NCBI RefSeq assembly: GCF_006345805.1
Contig: NC_043008.1
Coordinates: 7,502,001 to 7,566,000, forward strand
From: Octopus sinensis
Taxonomy: Eukaryota
DNA: 64,000 nucleotides
Reading direction: 5' to 3'
Positions within the stretch are counted from its first letter, which is position 1; each line of letters begins with the position of its first letter. A model generated the notes under the pieces. It saw only the letters and a list, made by a program, of their open reading frames with translations, was not told where the DNA came from and ran no database searches. The translations under genes were made by a program, and so were the position numbers. Positions 1 through 13,148 of the stretch are shown here, one piece after another.

Positions 1-91
1 AGAAGCTAGCTGGTTGTCATAGGAACACCTTTCCGCGCATGTCCACTGCACACACGCTCACACATACACGTAAATCGGCAACATTCGTCAG

Positions 92-129
92 ATTCTTGAA
101 AATGGGGTCATAACCCCGAAATATTGAAT
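92..129 (+). ncRNA. Minimal type-I hammerhead ribozyme fold, U3-A8 core variant
   Basis: ATTC-TTGAAAA-T-GGGG(TCATAA)CCCC-GAAA-TA-TT-GAAT. Stem I ATTC/GAAT, stem II 4 G-C pairs, palindromic stem III ATAT. Confidence 0.6.
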
Positions 130-235
130 GAAAGGTGAGTCTACAATAATTCATATATTTGTTTTCTTGGGATTTGTCTTGCATTTACTTAGCATTGTTC
201 TGGCCTTATCTACGATTCTTTAAACAATATATATA

Positions 236-276
<41 letters not shown>

Positions 277-320
277 CGTTTAAATATTTGTTGTGCAATA
301 TGACCATTCCGAAAATAAAC

Positions 321-361
<41 letters not shown>

Positions 362-401
362 GTGTGTGAGTATAATTTCCCCAAAAAAACAAAAGAAAAA
401 C

Positions 402-770
402 AGGTGTATGCGTGGCTGTATGATAAGTAGCTTGCTTCCCAAACGCACTGCGTGTCACTTTGGCCTAAGTCTTCTACAATAGCCTTGTGAGTGGATTTGG
501 TTGACGGAAACTGAAAGAAGTCATATATATACATATATAAAAATGTACGTGTGTGTGTGCGTGTATCTTCGTTTATGTGTTTGTCCCATCACCACTGCTT
601 GACAACCGGTGCTGGTGTGTTTACGTCGCCGTAAACTTGCGATTCGTCCAAGCAGACCGATAGAAGAAGTGTCAGGCTTTGAAGCATAAGCACTGAGGTC
701 GATAAATTCGACTAAGGCGTTGCCCCAGCATGGCCGTAGTCTGATAACTTAAACAAGTAGCAAATAAAAG
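402..770 (+). mobile_element. SINE family B (tRNA-like head, internal TA/TG tract, CR1-type tail), diverged
   Basis: Colinear with copies at 1167 and 3641; tail GCGTTGCCCCAGCATGGCCGTAG. Confidence 0.85.
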
Positions 771-787
771 ATATATACACATGAGAT

Positions 788-820
<33 letters not shown>

Positions 821-1031
821 TTGGGGAAGAAGAGGGAGAGAGGCATAGATTAGATAAGACCATTGTTTGATTGATAGGTAGATGTGAAGCTAAGAATATA
901 TATGTGGCTGGGAACCTTCTGTTTGCTCATATGTATGTCTGTGGGATGAAATCGCTGCGTATGTTTGTGGTGCAAGCACGTTTTCGTACCTATCTATGCG
1001 AAAGAGAGATAGAAACAGAGATGGAGGAGAG

Positions 1032-1067
<36 letters not shown>

Positions 1068-1166
1068 GGGAAATAAAGGGGAAGGAGAGGGGAGAGAGAG
1101 AAATGGGGGAGAATAGGATTACAAAATGACAAGAATTATCATTGATATTACGGATATACGGATCTA

Positions 1167-1577
1167 GGCGCAGGAGTGGCTGTGTGGTAAGTAGCTTGCT
1201 TACCAACCACATGGTTCCAGGTTCAGTCCCACTGCGTGGCATCTTGGGCAAGTGTCTTCTACTATAGCCTCGGGCCAACCAAAGCCTTGTGAGTGGATTT
1301 GGTAGACGGAAACTGAAAGAAGCCCGTCGTATATATGTATGTATGTATATATATATATATATATGTGTGTGTGTATGTTTGTGTCTGTGTTTGTCCCCCT
1401 AGCATTGCTTGACAACCGATGCTGGTGTGTCTACGTCCCCGTCACTTAACGGTTCAGCAAAAGAGACCGATAGAATAAGTACTGGGCTTACAAGGAGTGG
1501 GTCCCGGGGTAGATTTGCTCGACTGAAGCCGGTGCTCCAGCATGGCCGCAGTCAAATGACTGAAACAAATAAAAGAG
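1167..1577 (+). mobile_element. SINE family B, full length
   Basis: A-box-like TGGCTGTGTGG, B-box-like GGTTCAGTCCC, body GCCTTGTGAGTGGATTTGGTAGACGGAAACTGAAAG, tail GGTGCTCCAGCATGGCCGCAGTCAAATGACTGAAAC. Confidence 0.9.
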
Positions 1578-2214
1578 AAAAAAAAATACGGACCTATGTT
1601 TGCTATGTTTTATATAAAGCAGAAGTTTTCATTTGTCGCTACAGAGTTTACTGCGATGTTTTCATTTGAAATATCACTTACATTTATCCAATTAGCTTAT
1701 CATAAGAAAGAAAAAAACCACGAGCAACGTTTATAAGAAATGCAATGAAATAAAATGAAATATAATTTTAATAAATTGATTCTTTAAAAATGAAAAAAAA
1801 ATATATCTGTCAAATTTTCGTATTTTCACCTTTTAAAAACACTCTGCAATTGATAGAATGGTTAGATAGACTGCTTAATAGGAATCGACTCGAGTGTCTC
1901 CGTTCCCTCAAATGATTACGATTCTAGCTTTTGCTTACGTTTCTGATGGCTTAAATGAGTTAGCGATCAAACATTGGGATTGTTTCCCCTTTTATTCTAT
2001 CTTTTCATATTTGTTTGCCTATCTACCAATGTGTCTTTTACTTTTCCTCTCACCCTTTCACCTTGCTCTCTCTCTTTCTCTCATCAATCGATTGTGCTCA
2101 AGTGTGGGAAAGGATAGACTCCACCAGATCGAAAATATTTTCACAACGCTGCCATTATAACTCAGGTATGAAGCCTTATATTTACGGCCCTCTTTACATC
2201 TATATAGAATTTAT

Positions 2215-2465
2215 ATGAGTCTTGAGCGTCGGACTCACATTCATGAGGTAGTGAATTCGATTCCCAGGCCGGGCTGTGTGTTGTGTTCTTTATTTCTTGA
2301 TTCCTTGCCGCTCCAGTTCTCTCAGCTGTGCAAATGACTTTGCCTTGGATAACAGTGGTGTGGCGTGAAGGGGGGAGGTTGGTATGCATGTGTGCCTGCT
2401 GGTCTTCCATAAACAACCTTGTCCAGACTTGTGCCTTGGATCAATCCCATGAAGGGTGTCTTTAC
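2215..2465 (+). mobile_element. SINE family D, diverged
   Basis: B-box-like GAATTCGATTCCC; body and tail similar to 20286-20565 (CCAGACTTGTGC...CAATCCCATG). Confidence 0.6.
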
Positions 2466-2473
2466 CATTAGTA

Positions 2474-2474
<1 letters not shown>

Positions 2475-2554
<80 letters not shown>

Positions 2555-2656
2555 ATCTATCTATCTATCTGTCTATCTATCTATCTCTCAGTGTGTGCAT
2601 CTCTCTGTGGGTCTATCTATCTATCCATCCATCAATCTATCTAACTATCTATCATG

Positions 2657-2748
<92 letters not shown>

Positions 2749-2749
2749 A

Positions 2750-2783
<34 letters not shown>

Positions 2784-2784
2784 A
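2475..2784. repeat. (TCTA)n microsatellite
   Basis: Direct inspection; source of the LSIY pseudo-ORFs. Confidence 0.95.
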
Positions 2785-3034
2785 CACATATATAATTATA
2801 TGTTAATGTTATGGCGCGGTTACTGATGAGAATTCGGCGTGGCAAATTATTTTAGTTGCTAAAAGCTTTGAAACCTAGGTATAACCGTAAAAGAACAACA
2901 GGCTAAAATCTTCTAATTTTCATTCCCTTCGAAATTACTCTGAAACGTGGTTTAGGTCACTTTGACTGCTTCTTCTAGCGTGTAAAATTACCCGTGAAAG
3001 GTAATTTCTCTTGTGTCTAAATGTACACTATATA

Positions 3035-3123
<89 letters not shown>

Positions 3124-3222
3124 TTATACAATCTGAAAAAGACATAGAGTAGTAACGTATACTAAGCAGTAAAGCGAGTCATCACATCAAAGTGGGAGTT
3201 GAATGTTATTACTAGTTTAACA

Positions 3223-3338
3223 CCAGGTACATTCTCCACCTGCTGGTTTTCGGTACAGAACTCTGCACCCTTTATAGCGACATCTATATTGTATGCAGAG
3301 CGTTGCACCGAAAACCAACTGGCGGAGAATCTGCCTGG
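3223..3338. repeat. Imperfect hairpin, probable old MITE
   Basis: 45-bp arms CCAGGTACATTCTCC...CTCTGCA and TGCAGAG...GGAGAATCTGCCTGG, 9 mismatches, 26-bp loop. Confidence 0.55.
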
Positions 3339-3558
3339 GGTTAGTGCTGAACTCGGAACCGTGCGGTGGGGAGGCACTCTTAATACCATACGACTACGTA
3401 TGGCAACTATTACGTTTAACCTTCATGCTACAATATAAAAAAAAAACGTATGTAAGTCACCTGCATTTGAAATTTTGAAAGATTTAATGTTTGTTACTAA
3501 CAAAAAGAGAACTATACAAAAGTTACATCACAACATAGATTTTGTGAGACTCTGATAA

Positions 3559-3633
<75 letters not shown>

Positions 3634-3640
3634 TGTGTGT

Positions 3641-4038
3641 GTAGGAATGGCTGTGTGGTAAGTAGCTTGTCTACCAACCACATGGTTCCGGGTTCAGTCC
3701 CACTGCGTGGCACCTTGGGCAAGTGTCTTCTACTATAGCCTCGGGCCGACCAAAACCTTGTGAGTGGATTTGGTAGACAGAAACTGAAAGAAACCCGTCG
3801 TATATATGTATATATATGTATATGTGCGTGTGTGTGTTTGTGTAACTGTGTTTGTCCCCTGGCATTGCTTGACAACCGATGCTGGTGTGCTTATGTCCCC
3901 GTTACTTAGCGGTTCGGCAAAAGAGACCGATAGAATAAGTACTGGGCTTACAAAATAATAAGTCCCGGGGTCGAGTTTCTCGACTAAAGGCGGTGCTCCA
4001 GCATGGCCGCAGTCAAATGACTGAAACAAGTAAAAGAG
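3641..4038 (+). mobile_element. SINE family B, full length
   Basis: Same head, body and tail as 1167-1577. Confidence 0.9.
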
Positions 4039-4179
4039 AAAGAGAAAAAAAGAGAATACGTGTGTGTGTTTGCAATTTTATGTATATTTTTATATCTGTA
4101 TATATATATATGAATATAATGGAGGTATAATTGGTGCAGTTATCCACTTTATACAGCTCAAACAATTAGTGGTCATAAT

Positions 4180-4499
<320 letters not shown>

Positions 4500-5230
4500 C
4501 AGTATTAGCTCTTGCTATACTGAAACTTTCAACTATATATTAAATTGATGTCTAACCAGATTTAAAGTTATAAAAATATTCAAATTAACTTAAATTGAGT
4601 AGTGGAAGTCATAAGAGTAATACAAATTTATATTACTTTTCAGATTAAAAGATAACTTACAGTATTACATATATTAGGAAGAAAGAGAAGCTAATAACAT
4701 TTCCGAATAAAATAAAACTATAAGGCCTGGGGCACTAAGTATGTTCAATAAATATATGTAGCTTTTTTTCCTTTTATTTTTTGCTAGGAGAATAACTGAA
4801 AGACCAAAAAAAAAAACAAAAGACAAAATGAAACAAAACGAATTGGTAAAATTTATCTATTTAATATACTTCAAAGCACTCAAATAACATTTTGGTTAGT
4901 CATGTTCTAGAATTATTTAATGATACACCAGAAAATATTTAAATGCACATAAAAACAAATGACTCTATATAGTTATCAATGTTAAATAAAAGATTAAAAT
5001 TTACACCGATTTAAAAAAATAAAGAACAGTTATTTCGATTGACGGTTTCACTTTGTGTATTGTTGAATAGATGTGATCAGTTAATATTAACAACATTTTA
5101 TGGTTAGTACTGATAAAACTGAGGGAGGTGATGTAATTAACTGTAAGGAATTACTGGCAATAGAGAAAAAATATATAAAGGTCAAAGGAACTAGTTTATG
5201 TCATATTTTGAGATGAATTTTTTTTTTTAA

Positions 5231-5531
5231 ATGGAACTCTGTTGGTGATGATGCCGAGGGTTACAATTGATCCGATCAACAAAACAGCCTGCTTGTGAAA
5301 TTAGCCAGCAAGTGGCTGAACATTCAGCAAACACGATTACATTAATCGCAGTTCGCGGAGAGATTCTGCGTGACACAGAACGTGACAAGGATGGCCCTTT
5401 AAGTTAGAAGCAACACGAGGAGCAACTTGGAAAAATCATTTGTCCAGGGACAAAAATCGCCGCCGGGTACCGACTTCATGATCTTACGGTCTTGAGCCGA
5501 ATACCTTAACCACTAAGACATATGCCTTCAC
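5231..5531 (-). mobile_element. SINE with D-like tRNA head and family C body/tail
   Basis: Minus-strand head GTGAAGGCATATGTCTTAGTGGTTAAGG; 3' half matches 22187-22370 and 41344-41520 (AAAGGGCC..CTTGTCAC...GATCGGATCAA). Confidence 0.7.
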
Positions 5532-5544
5532 ATTGACTTCTGGA

Positions 5545-5800
5545 AGGCAATGGCATCAGGTCCTACGTCGGGCTGGCGAAAGCGGAGAGGTAGTCAGTTG
5601 AAGACGTAGATCACAACAGCCAAAGCAGATATGAAGCCCGTTGCCAGCCCACGTGAATTTGGTGTTCGTCCCTGGAACCACAAATGGCTTCAACACGCAG
5701 CAGAATCGGCCGCCGACCGACTTGCATGGAGGGCTTTGACTCGTGTAACTGAATAAGAACTGGCTTAACCCTTCCCGAGTGAATGCCGCTACAAGACGAG
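5545..5800 (+). mobile_element. RTE-clade LINE 3' fragment, decayed
   Basis: Translates to GSQLKT*ITTAKADMKPVASPREFGVRPWNHKWLQHAAESAADRLAWRALTR, resembling an RTE C-terminus, followed by an RTE-like 3' end GAGTGAATGCCGCTACAAG. Confidence 0.55.
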
Positions 5801-5997
5801 AAAAAGACAACACCTTCACCTTTCAGGTAAAGCGCTGGTAACCAACAATTTGTTACTTAACAATTTTGCAATCGTAGCTAAGCGGGGATTTGCAAGTATG
5901 GATGTGTACATATATAAGCACGTACATATAAGTCTATGCATATATAGTTACGTAGCAGGATGTAGATATATGTATAAATATATACTTTTAAACACGT

Positions 5998-6036
<39 letters not shown>

Positions 6037-6383
6037 CACGCACACACAAATACACACTAACACCTATAGACGCGCTCACATACATATAAGGAAGAAGTAT
6101 GATAAACAGAAGAAGCAGTTTCCATCATTGCTTTCCTACCTGCCATTTTCCATTGTCGGTATCTGCATCCTCTGTCGTGGGTATTCCGAGTGCATTTGGA
6201 TGCTGAATCACAGCAGTTCATCTGAGGAACACTTAATTGCATTAAGTTAACACACATCAAATGTTTGAAGTTGGACAGATGGCAACCCTTAGACTACTTA
6301 TGTTGAAAGGAAAATATAGAGCAAAAGAAAAAGCGACATGGTAGGAAAAAAACCCATAGAAATAAGAGACAGAGAGACAGATA

Positions 6384-6421
<38 letters not shown>

Positions 6422-6431
6422 TAGATAGATC

Positions 6432-6473
<42 letters not shown>

Positions 6474-6632
6474 TGATGGATGGATGGATGGATCGATCGA
6501 TCGATAGATAGAGAGAGAGCAGAGAGAAAGAATAGGAAAAAGAGAACGGAAAACAAGACATAAACTGCGGTTTTATTGAAAATTAGGTGTACTCAAAATA
6601 ATGAAAGAGAGAGAAAATGTTGACGAAAAAAT

Positions 6633-6800
6633 GTGGCCATGCTGGGGCACCACCTTGTTGTCGAACAAATCGACCCCAGGACTTGTTCTTTGTAAGTGTG
6701 GTACATATTCTATCGGTCTTTTTTCGAACCACTAGGTCAGGCGGACGTAAACACACCAAAATCGGTTGTCAAGCGATGGTGGGGGGACAACCACAGACAC
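6633..6800 (-). mobile_element. SINE family B 3' half
   Basis: Reverse complement of tail: TGGCCATGCTGGGGCACCACC...TTCTATCGGTC. Confidence 0.75.
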
Positions 6801-6839
6801 ACATGGATACACACACCACACACACACACACACACACGC

Positions 6840-6874
<35 letters not shown>

Positions 6875-6968
6875 CACACAAGCACATACACACATATAAG
6901 ATCTCTACAAGTCTTTTTCATTTTCTCTCTGTTTATTTTGCCTTATTCCTTTCTGGTTAAGAGCGTAG

Positions 6969-7064
6969 GCAACTGGTAGTTAATTTATCGTTCCCCGAAA
7001 GAATGAAAGACAAAGTCGACCTGGGCGGAATTTGAACGCAGGTCATAAAGACAGACAACATACC
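6969..7064 (-). mobile_element. SINE family A partial copy, tandem with the next copy
   Basis: CAAAGTCGACCTGGGCGGAATTTGAAC core. Confidence 0.75.
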
Positions 7065-7297
7065 TATTTCTTTACTACCCACAAGGGGCTAAACACAGAG
7101 GGGACAAACAAGGACAGACAAACGAATTAAGTCGATTATATCGAACCCAGTGCGTAACTGGTACTTATTTAAGCGACCCCGAAAGGATGAAAGGCAAAGT
7201 CGACCTCGGCGGAATTTGAACTCAAAACGTAAAGACAGACAAAATAGCGCTAAGCATTTCTCCCGGCCTGCTAACGATTCTACCAGCTCCCCGCCTT
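7065..7297 (-). mobile_element. SINE family A, full length
   Basis: Matches GGCGGCGAGCTGGCAGAA...TGAGTTCAAATTCCGCCGAGGTCGACTTTGCCTTTCATCC...GTGGGTAGTAAAGAAATA. Confidence 0.9.
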
Positions 7298-7559
7298 AAG
7301 GATAACGGAATATTGCAATTTGTTACTAGTGCCCAGGATTAAAATTCAAAATCCAGCAAAGCCATTGTCAGAAAAAGCAGTATTGTAAAAAGCCAAAAAT
7401 GTTAGATTTCGTATATGATTATCCGATTCCAACGCTGTCAATGATAATGCATGTTATTTCCCTGAATAAGTAACTAGAATATTACATGATTTTTATATTG
7501 ATATATACAAATACCTAAAGCAAAATCAATCTATCGTTCTATATTATAGCTACGCATGC

Positions 7560-7963
7560 GTACATAGATACACACATGCATACACACACATACACACACA
7601 TACAAACACATATATACATTATATATATATATATATATATGTATATACAATATATATATATATATATAGAGTGATATACAATAATATTATACATATATAT
7701 AGTGTATATACAATAATATTATATATATGTACGTATATATGTAAATATATATGTATTTTATATATAGATATATTTATGTATATATAAGATATATAGATAT
7801 ATATATATATATATTATATATATGTATATACAATATATTATATATATATATATATGTATATACCAATACATATTATATACATATATATATGTATATACAA
7901 TAATATTATATATATGTACGTATATATGTAAATATATATGTATTTTATATATATATATTTATG

Positions 7964-7997
<34 letters not shown>

Positions 7998-8044
7998 TTA
8001 CATATACATACATATATATATATATGTATATACCATACACACAT

Positions 8045-8084
<40 letters not shown>

Positions 8085-8133
8085 CATACACACATACATA
8101 AATATATATATATGTATGTATGTATATATATAT
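7560..8133. repeat. Degenerate (TA)n/(CA)n block
   Basis: Direct inspection. Confidence 0.9.
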
Positions 8134-8487
8134 TGCCCACGGGATCCCTTTCAGTACTAAATGAGAAACTGTAAAATAAGCATGTATTATTCATGCTGGT
8201 GATAGAAATGCATGCAAGCAATTTATTTAATACGGAAGTGAAAGTGATGCGCTTTTCTAATGACACTTTATTAAATATCCGTTCCACATTTATTGCGTCT
8301 TGCAACAACTTTTTTTAAAGATCCCTATTAAATTCGTTTACTTGCTTAATAAAAACCTCATTTTGCCATGAAATTTAATTTCCTATTCTTATATCTTTAT
8401 CCTTATCATCCTTATTATCATTTTGATGATTATTATTATTAGACAAGAAGCGTGCGTTGTGTCAAATATATTATTATTATTATTATT

Positions 8488-8821
8488 GAGTGAGAGAGCA
8501 GTTCATGCCATCAAAGTGACACTGGGGTAAAATATACGAAGCCCAATATACCCATCATGACTACCCGTCTGATAAGGGTACACCAGGCACATGCATCACA
8601 ACCATATGTGCGCGACATGGTGATCTCATATCAAGATAAACAGCACATGACCTTGCAGGTGGGGCCCAGTTAGAATTTTCTTCAGGTTGAGTAGCCCATC
8701 CCGCTCAAACGGTCCCTGAATAAGGGTTGCTTAAGGATATTGAAAGAACCACCCATGTTTCCAGAGGCGAACTATTCAAACCCCAAAGAATCCCTCTCAA
8801 CACATGGCTATGATGCTCCCC

Positions 8822-8822
<1 letters not shown>
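8488..8822 (-). mobile_element. 335-bp non-coding interspersed element embedded in (TAA)n
   Basis: Unique sequence bounded on both sides by TTA arrays (about 8468-8487 and 8823-8892); one end recurs at 29873-29918. Confidence 0.6.
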
Positions 8823-8892
<70 letters not shown>

Positions 8893-8894
<2 letters not shown>

Positions 8895-9410
8895 TTATTG
8901 TTTTTGTACAGTTTCTAACGTTGGAGCTGTACTACAGTGCCAGCTCTTCACTACCAGTAAACTAACGTAGCACCGCTTACTTTCCAACCGGAGTATTCGA
9001 GCAGTTCCCAGCAACGTTGTTTCATGCAAGTGCTCCGCCCTTATTGCAGCCCCTATTTGTTTCCGTGCACTGCTCAAAATTTTTATCCACTTTTCCCAGG
9101 GCTCCGACAATCATTGCTACTACTACCTCCTTTTTTCAGCGGCCACAGCTCCTTAACCAGCCATGTTAACCTGTTAAAACTATCGACTTTCCTTTCTTCC
9201 TTATCGCATACTTTTTGTCAGCTGGATATGCTATATGTATGATCCAGCAGCGTTTGCTTTCTTTCTCAATTTACACTATGTATGGCTTCATATTCTCTAT
9301 CTCATGGTCATACTGAATCATAAAATCCCATAGGATCTTTGCATTATCATTTTCAAAGTTTGTAACCGCAAACGTCTAGAATGCAAAACTTCCATGTGCA
9401 TGCAAAGTAG
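8893..9410 (-). mobile_element. R4/Dong-like RLE non-LTR retrotransposon 3' fragment
   Basis: Minus strand gives ENDNAKILWDFMIQYDHEIENMKPYIV*IEKESKRCWIIHIAYPAD...IVGALGKV...IGAAIRAEHLHETTLLGTARILR (decayed PD-(D/E)XK endonuclease), ending in (TAA)n. Confidence 0.85.
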
Positions 9411-10454
9411 AGCAAGTAGAACATACCCGTTTTCAGATTTGAATTTAGCAGGCTAAAAGCAGTAAGAATTAGTAAAAAAAATCCTATGCAACTGAGATTT
9501 CGAAAGAATTTATTGTCCTGTGTAATATAGGAGATAAGGACACACTCTGCATCTTCAGTAATGATTCTGTAACAAAGAATCCATCGCAGACATCAGGAAC
9601 TACACATACATCAACAAAACCAAAACAACCGTTACGAAACCATGGAAACGTCCTGCACAATGTGACGTATATAAGTGTGTATGTGCAAATGTAGGCGTTT
9701 TGTTATACAAATACAGACTCTGTAATGGAAATCTCGTTAAACGTATCAAAATATATTTATAAAGTCGAAAAGAAGGTTTTGCTCCGACAATAGATTTTCG
9801 CTTTTAGCAATGAAGGTGGGTTGTTCAAAAGCACGTCTTTGGCCACGGATATAATTTACAACCATTAACAGCACACGATTAGCCGCTCACATTACTCCAA
9901 GTTCCTTACGACAATAGCTAATAATTATCAAGAAGAGACGATGCACTTTAGGCTAGTGAAAACTGCTCGTAATAATTAAATTATGTGAGGTGAATAGCAA
10001 TAGTAGGTTTTTAACGTCCGCTAATATACTGCGATTTTGTTTAAATTGTTGACGCACCGAGAAGAGGAATTCTAATATGCCATAACAAAAGCGCTTCACG
10101 CAAAAATTATCTAAAGGTTGTAATAAGTTTCCCTTATGAATAAATAGCTATGAGGAAGTGAATTACTGAAATACATGAAATCATTTGTACGCATCGGTTA
10201 CACTTTGCCCGTCCTTTTGTAGAAATTTATTACAAAACAGTAGACAGCACGTGCAATGTTGATATATGTAAAATAATTATTAGGGCATTATGCTATATAG
10301 TAACACAGGTGTGAGCATACATAAATATACACGATCTATATACATTGCAATTATAATTACAATAGCATCTCTGTATATTTTATTTTTTTTTAAATTTAGT
10401 ATAATGATACGAACAAGTCTGTACACATACACACGGATATTTTGTGCGTCCCAA

Positions 10455-10489
10455 ATACATACATACACACACGTATATATATTTTTATA

Positions 10490-10535
<46 letters not shown>

Positions 10536-10589
10536 TATATACATATTTCTATATGTATATATATATATATTATATATTATATATATATG

Positions 10590-10636
<47 letters not shown>

Positions 10637-10650
10637 TACATATATATATA

Positions 10651-10705
<55 letters not shown>

Positions 10706-10770
10706 TATATATATATATATATTATATATATATATGAATATATATGTATGAATATACATTAATTTATATA
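10455..10770. repeat. (TA)n block
   Basis: Direct inspection. Confidence 0.95.
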
Positions 10771-11019
10771 AATAAGGATAAGATCGTTAATTTAAATATC
10801 GATCTTATCAATTGGCCAGCATGAGAATAATTTAAGGTATCTAAGAGATACCTCCATGCTGGAAATAGCAGCCTAAACTTGACTCTAAAACCAAATTTAA
10901 TGTTCATACAGCTGGTACTGTATGGATAGTTTTAATATATATATATTACAATTTAGGTTAGCTGAAATATGTTTGTCACATATTTCAACTGTTAAAGGTA
11001 AATACACTGCAGTTACCGT

Positions 11020-11300
11020 GGAGAAAAAAATGTCTCTTATGGTAAAATGGTGTGAAAATATCCAATTCGTTCAATGTTGCCATCCCTCGGGAATCTTAAA
11101 CATCAATGTTTCGAGTATATAGACTCTTGTCGACGAGATTTGTCTAAAATAGGCAAATCCGAATGAACTGAATAAACCTTGTAGGATTATGTATAATCCA
11201 GCCAGCGCATTGACTGATTTGCGCTACTAGATCGCCCGGGAGAGGGCGACACTGAACGAGCTGGTTGTTTTCACATCTTTTCAACATCGAGAGAGTTTTC
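11020..11300. repeat. Old diverged inverted repeat with a decayed hammerhead-like remnant in the spacer
   Basis: Arms TGGTGTGAAAATATCCAATTCGTTCAATGTTGCC (+) and AGATGTGAAAACAACCAGCTCGTTCAGTGTCGCC (-). Minus strand at 11101-11135 reads TCGACAA-GAGT(CTATAT)ACTC-GAAA-CATT-GATG. Confidence 0.45.
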
Positions 11301-11319
11301 TCTCGATATTTTTCTCGAT

Positions 11320-11321
<2 letters not shown>

Positions 11322-11388
<67 letters not shown>
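11322..11388. repeat. (ACT)n microsatellite
   Basis: Direct inspection. Confidence 0.95.
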
Positions 11389-11425
11389 ATACACACACAC
11401 AAACATACACACACACACGCATATA

Positions 11426-11473
<48 letters not shown>

Positions 11474-11540
11474 CGGCGGGCCTCTTTCAGTTTCCGTCTA
11501 CCAAATGCACTCACATGGCATTGGTCGGCCTGAAGCTATA
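11474..11540 (-). mobile_element. SINE family B fragment
   Basis: CTTTCAGTTTCCGTCTACCAAATGCACTCAC. Confidence 0.7.
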
Positions 11541-11768
11541 TAGTCAATGAAAAAATATAGAAAAATTGAAAAACAAAAACAACGTAGCACAAGCAATGCA
11601 TTTTAGCAAAGAATTTTAGTCAAGGAAACATACCCCGGTGCCCCATTTTAAGCTCTGTACTTATTCTATCGGCCTTTGTGCCAAAATCGTAAGTAAGCAC
11701 ACGGATTCGTAAATACCAACACCGGTTTTGTGGCGGTGGTTGGAAAGCGAAGATATATACACACACTA

Positions 11769-11803
<35 letters not shown>

Positions 11804-11853
11804 CCTATGTATACATGCATAAAACGTATACATATGCGTATAAATATACACGT

Positions 11854-11885
<32 letters not shown>

Positions 11886-12434
11886 GCATAAACATTTATA
11901 TATAAATATATGTATGTATATGTAGACATATATGTAAAGACACACATAGATATATTCATAAAAAATTATACTCTTCATCACCCATACATCATAACGTAAG
12001 TACAAGAACTTTATATAGTTATTGATTTTCATTTGAAATTGTGCAGTGATCAAATTTTCCTATAGAGTCAATCATTTATGTGATAATAATTGTTATATTA
12101 TTCTAAATAGATAATTGCTAAAAAGTAGGTCAATCTATAATAATAGACCAATATTGACTGAAAAACAAAGCAAGAAAAATTACTTTGGTTTGTCTACTTT
12201 GATTTTTTAATATCAATTTCTATGTCCCTTTAGATTCGGTCTGCGATGGTGTTTGTTCTCACACGCTATTGTAAATACGTTGAAATTACATAAAATATTT
12301 CGGTTAGAAATGTATAAAAACATAAACGAATGTAAGTTGAAACAAATCTAAATTTTATTAAACAGTGTAGGTAACTCGGGCTAGATCAATATTTATATAA
12401 TTCATGATTACTAACCACAGTCTATGTCAAGCTG

Positions 12435-12600
<166 letters not shown>

Positions 12601-13106
12601 CTAAACGTGGACGTTAAAAATATCAAGGTTAGTAATATTTTTGAAGTTACAAATTGATTTTAGAAAATGATTAGCTCGGAAATATTATACTTTTATCTCT
12701 CTTTCAAATCACAGTGTATCTCTCTCTGTCTCTCTCACAGCATAGCTTTGAATTTTGTGTGTCAGGATCAATATTACATCATTTAAGCAGTTAGTGATCT
12801 AAGACAATATATTACGAATTTCGTTTCTCTCTGTATTTGATATTTCACTGTTGTTTGGACTGAAATTAGGCCTTGAAACAAAACCAGTTACAAAAGGGCA
12901 TGCAACTTAAATATTATAAGTTATATTGTGTACTATATGAATTAGGTTTATGCATGTCGTATCATCTATTGGTAAGCTATTGGTTAATAGGTGGTTCATT
13001 GGTTTTCCACATTTCTGATGGAGAGATATACAAGTCTGTATCAAAAGCTTGCTCTCTTCACTGCCAATAATTTCATCCTTCGACATTTTGCATTCACGAC
13101 AACATA

Positions 13107-13148
<42 letters not shown>

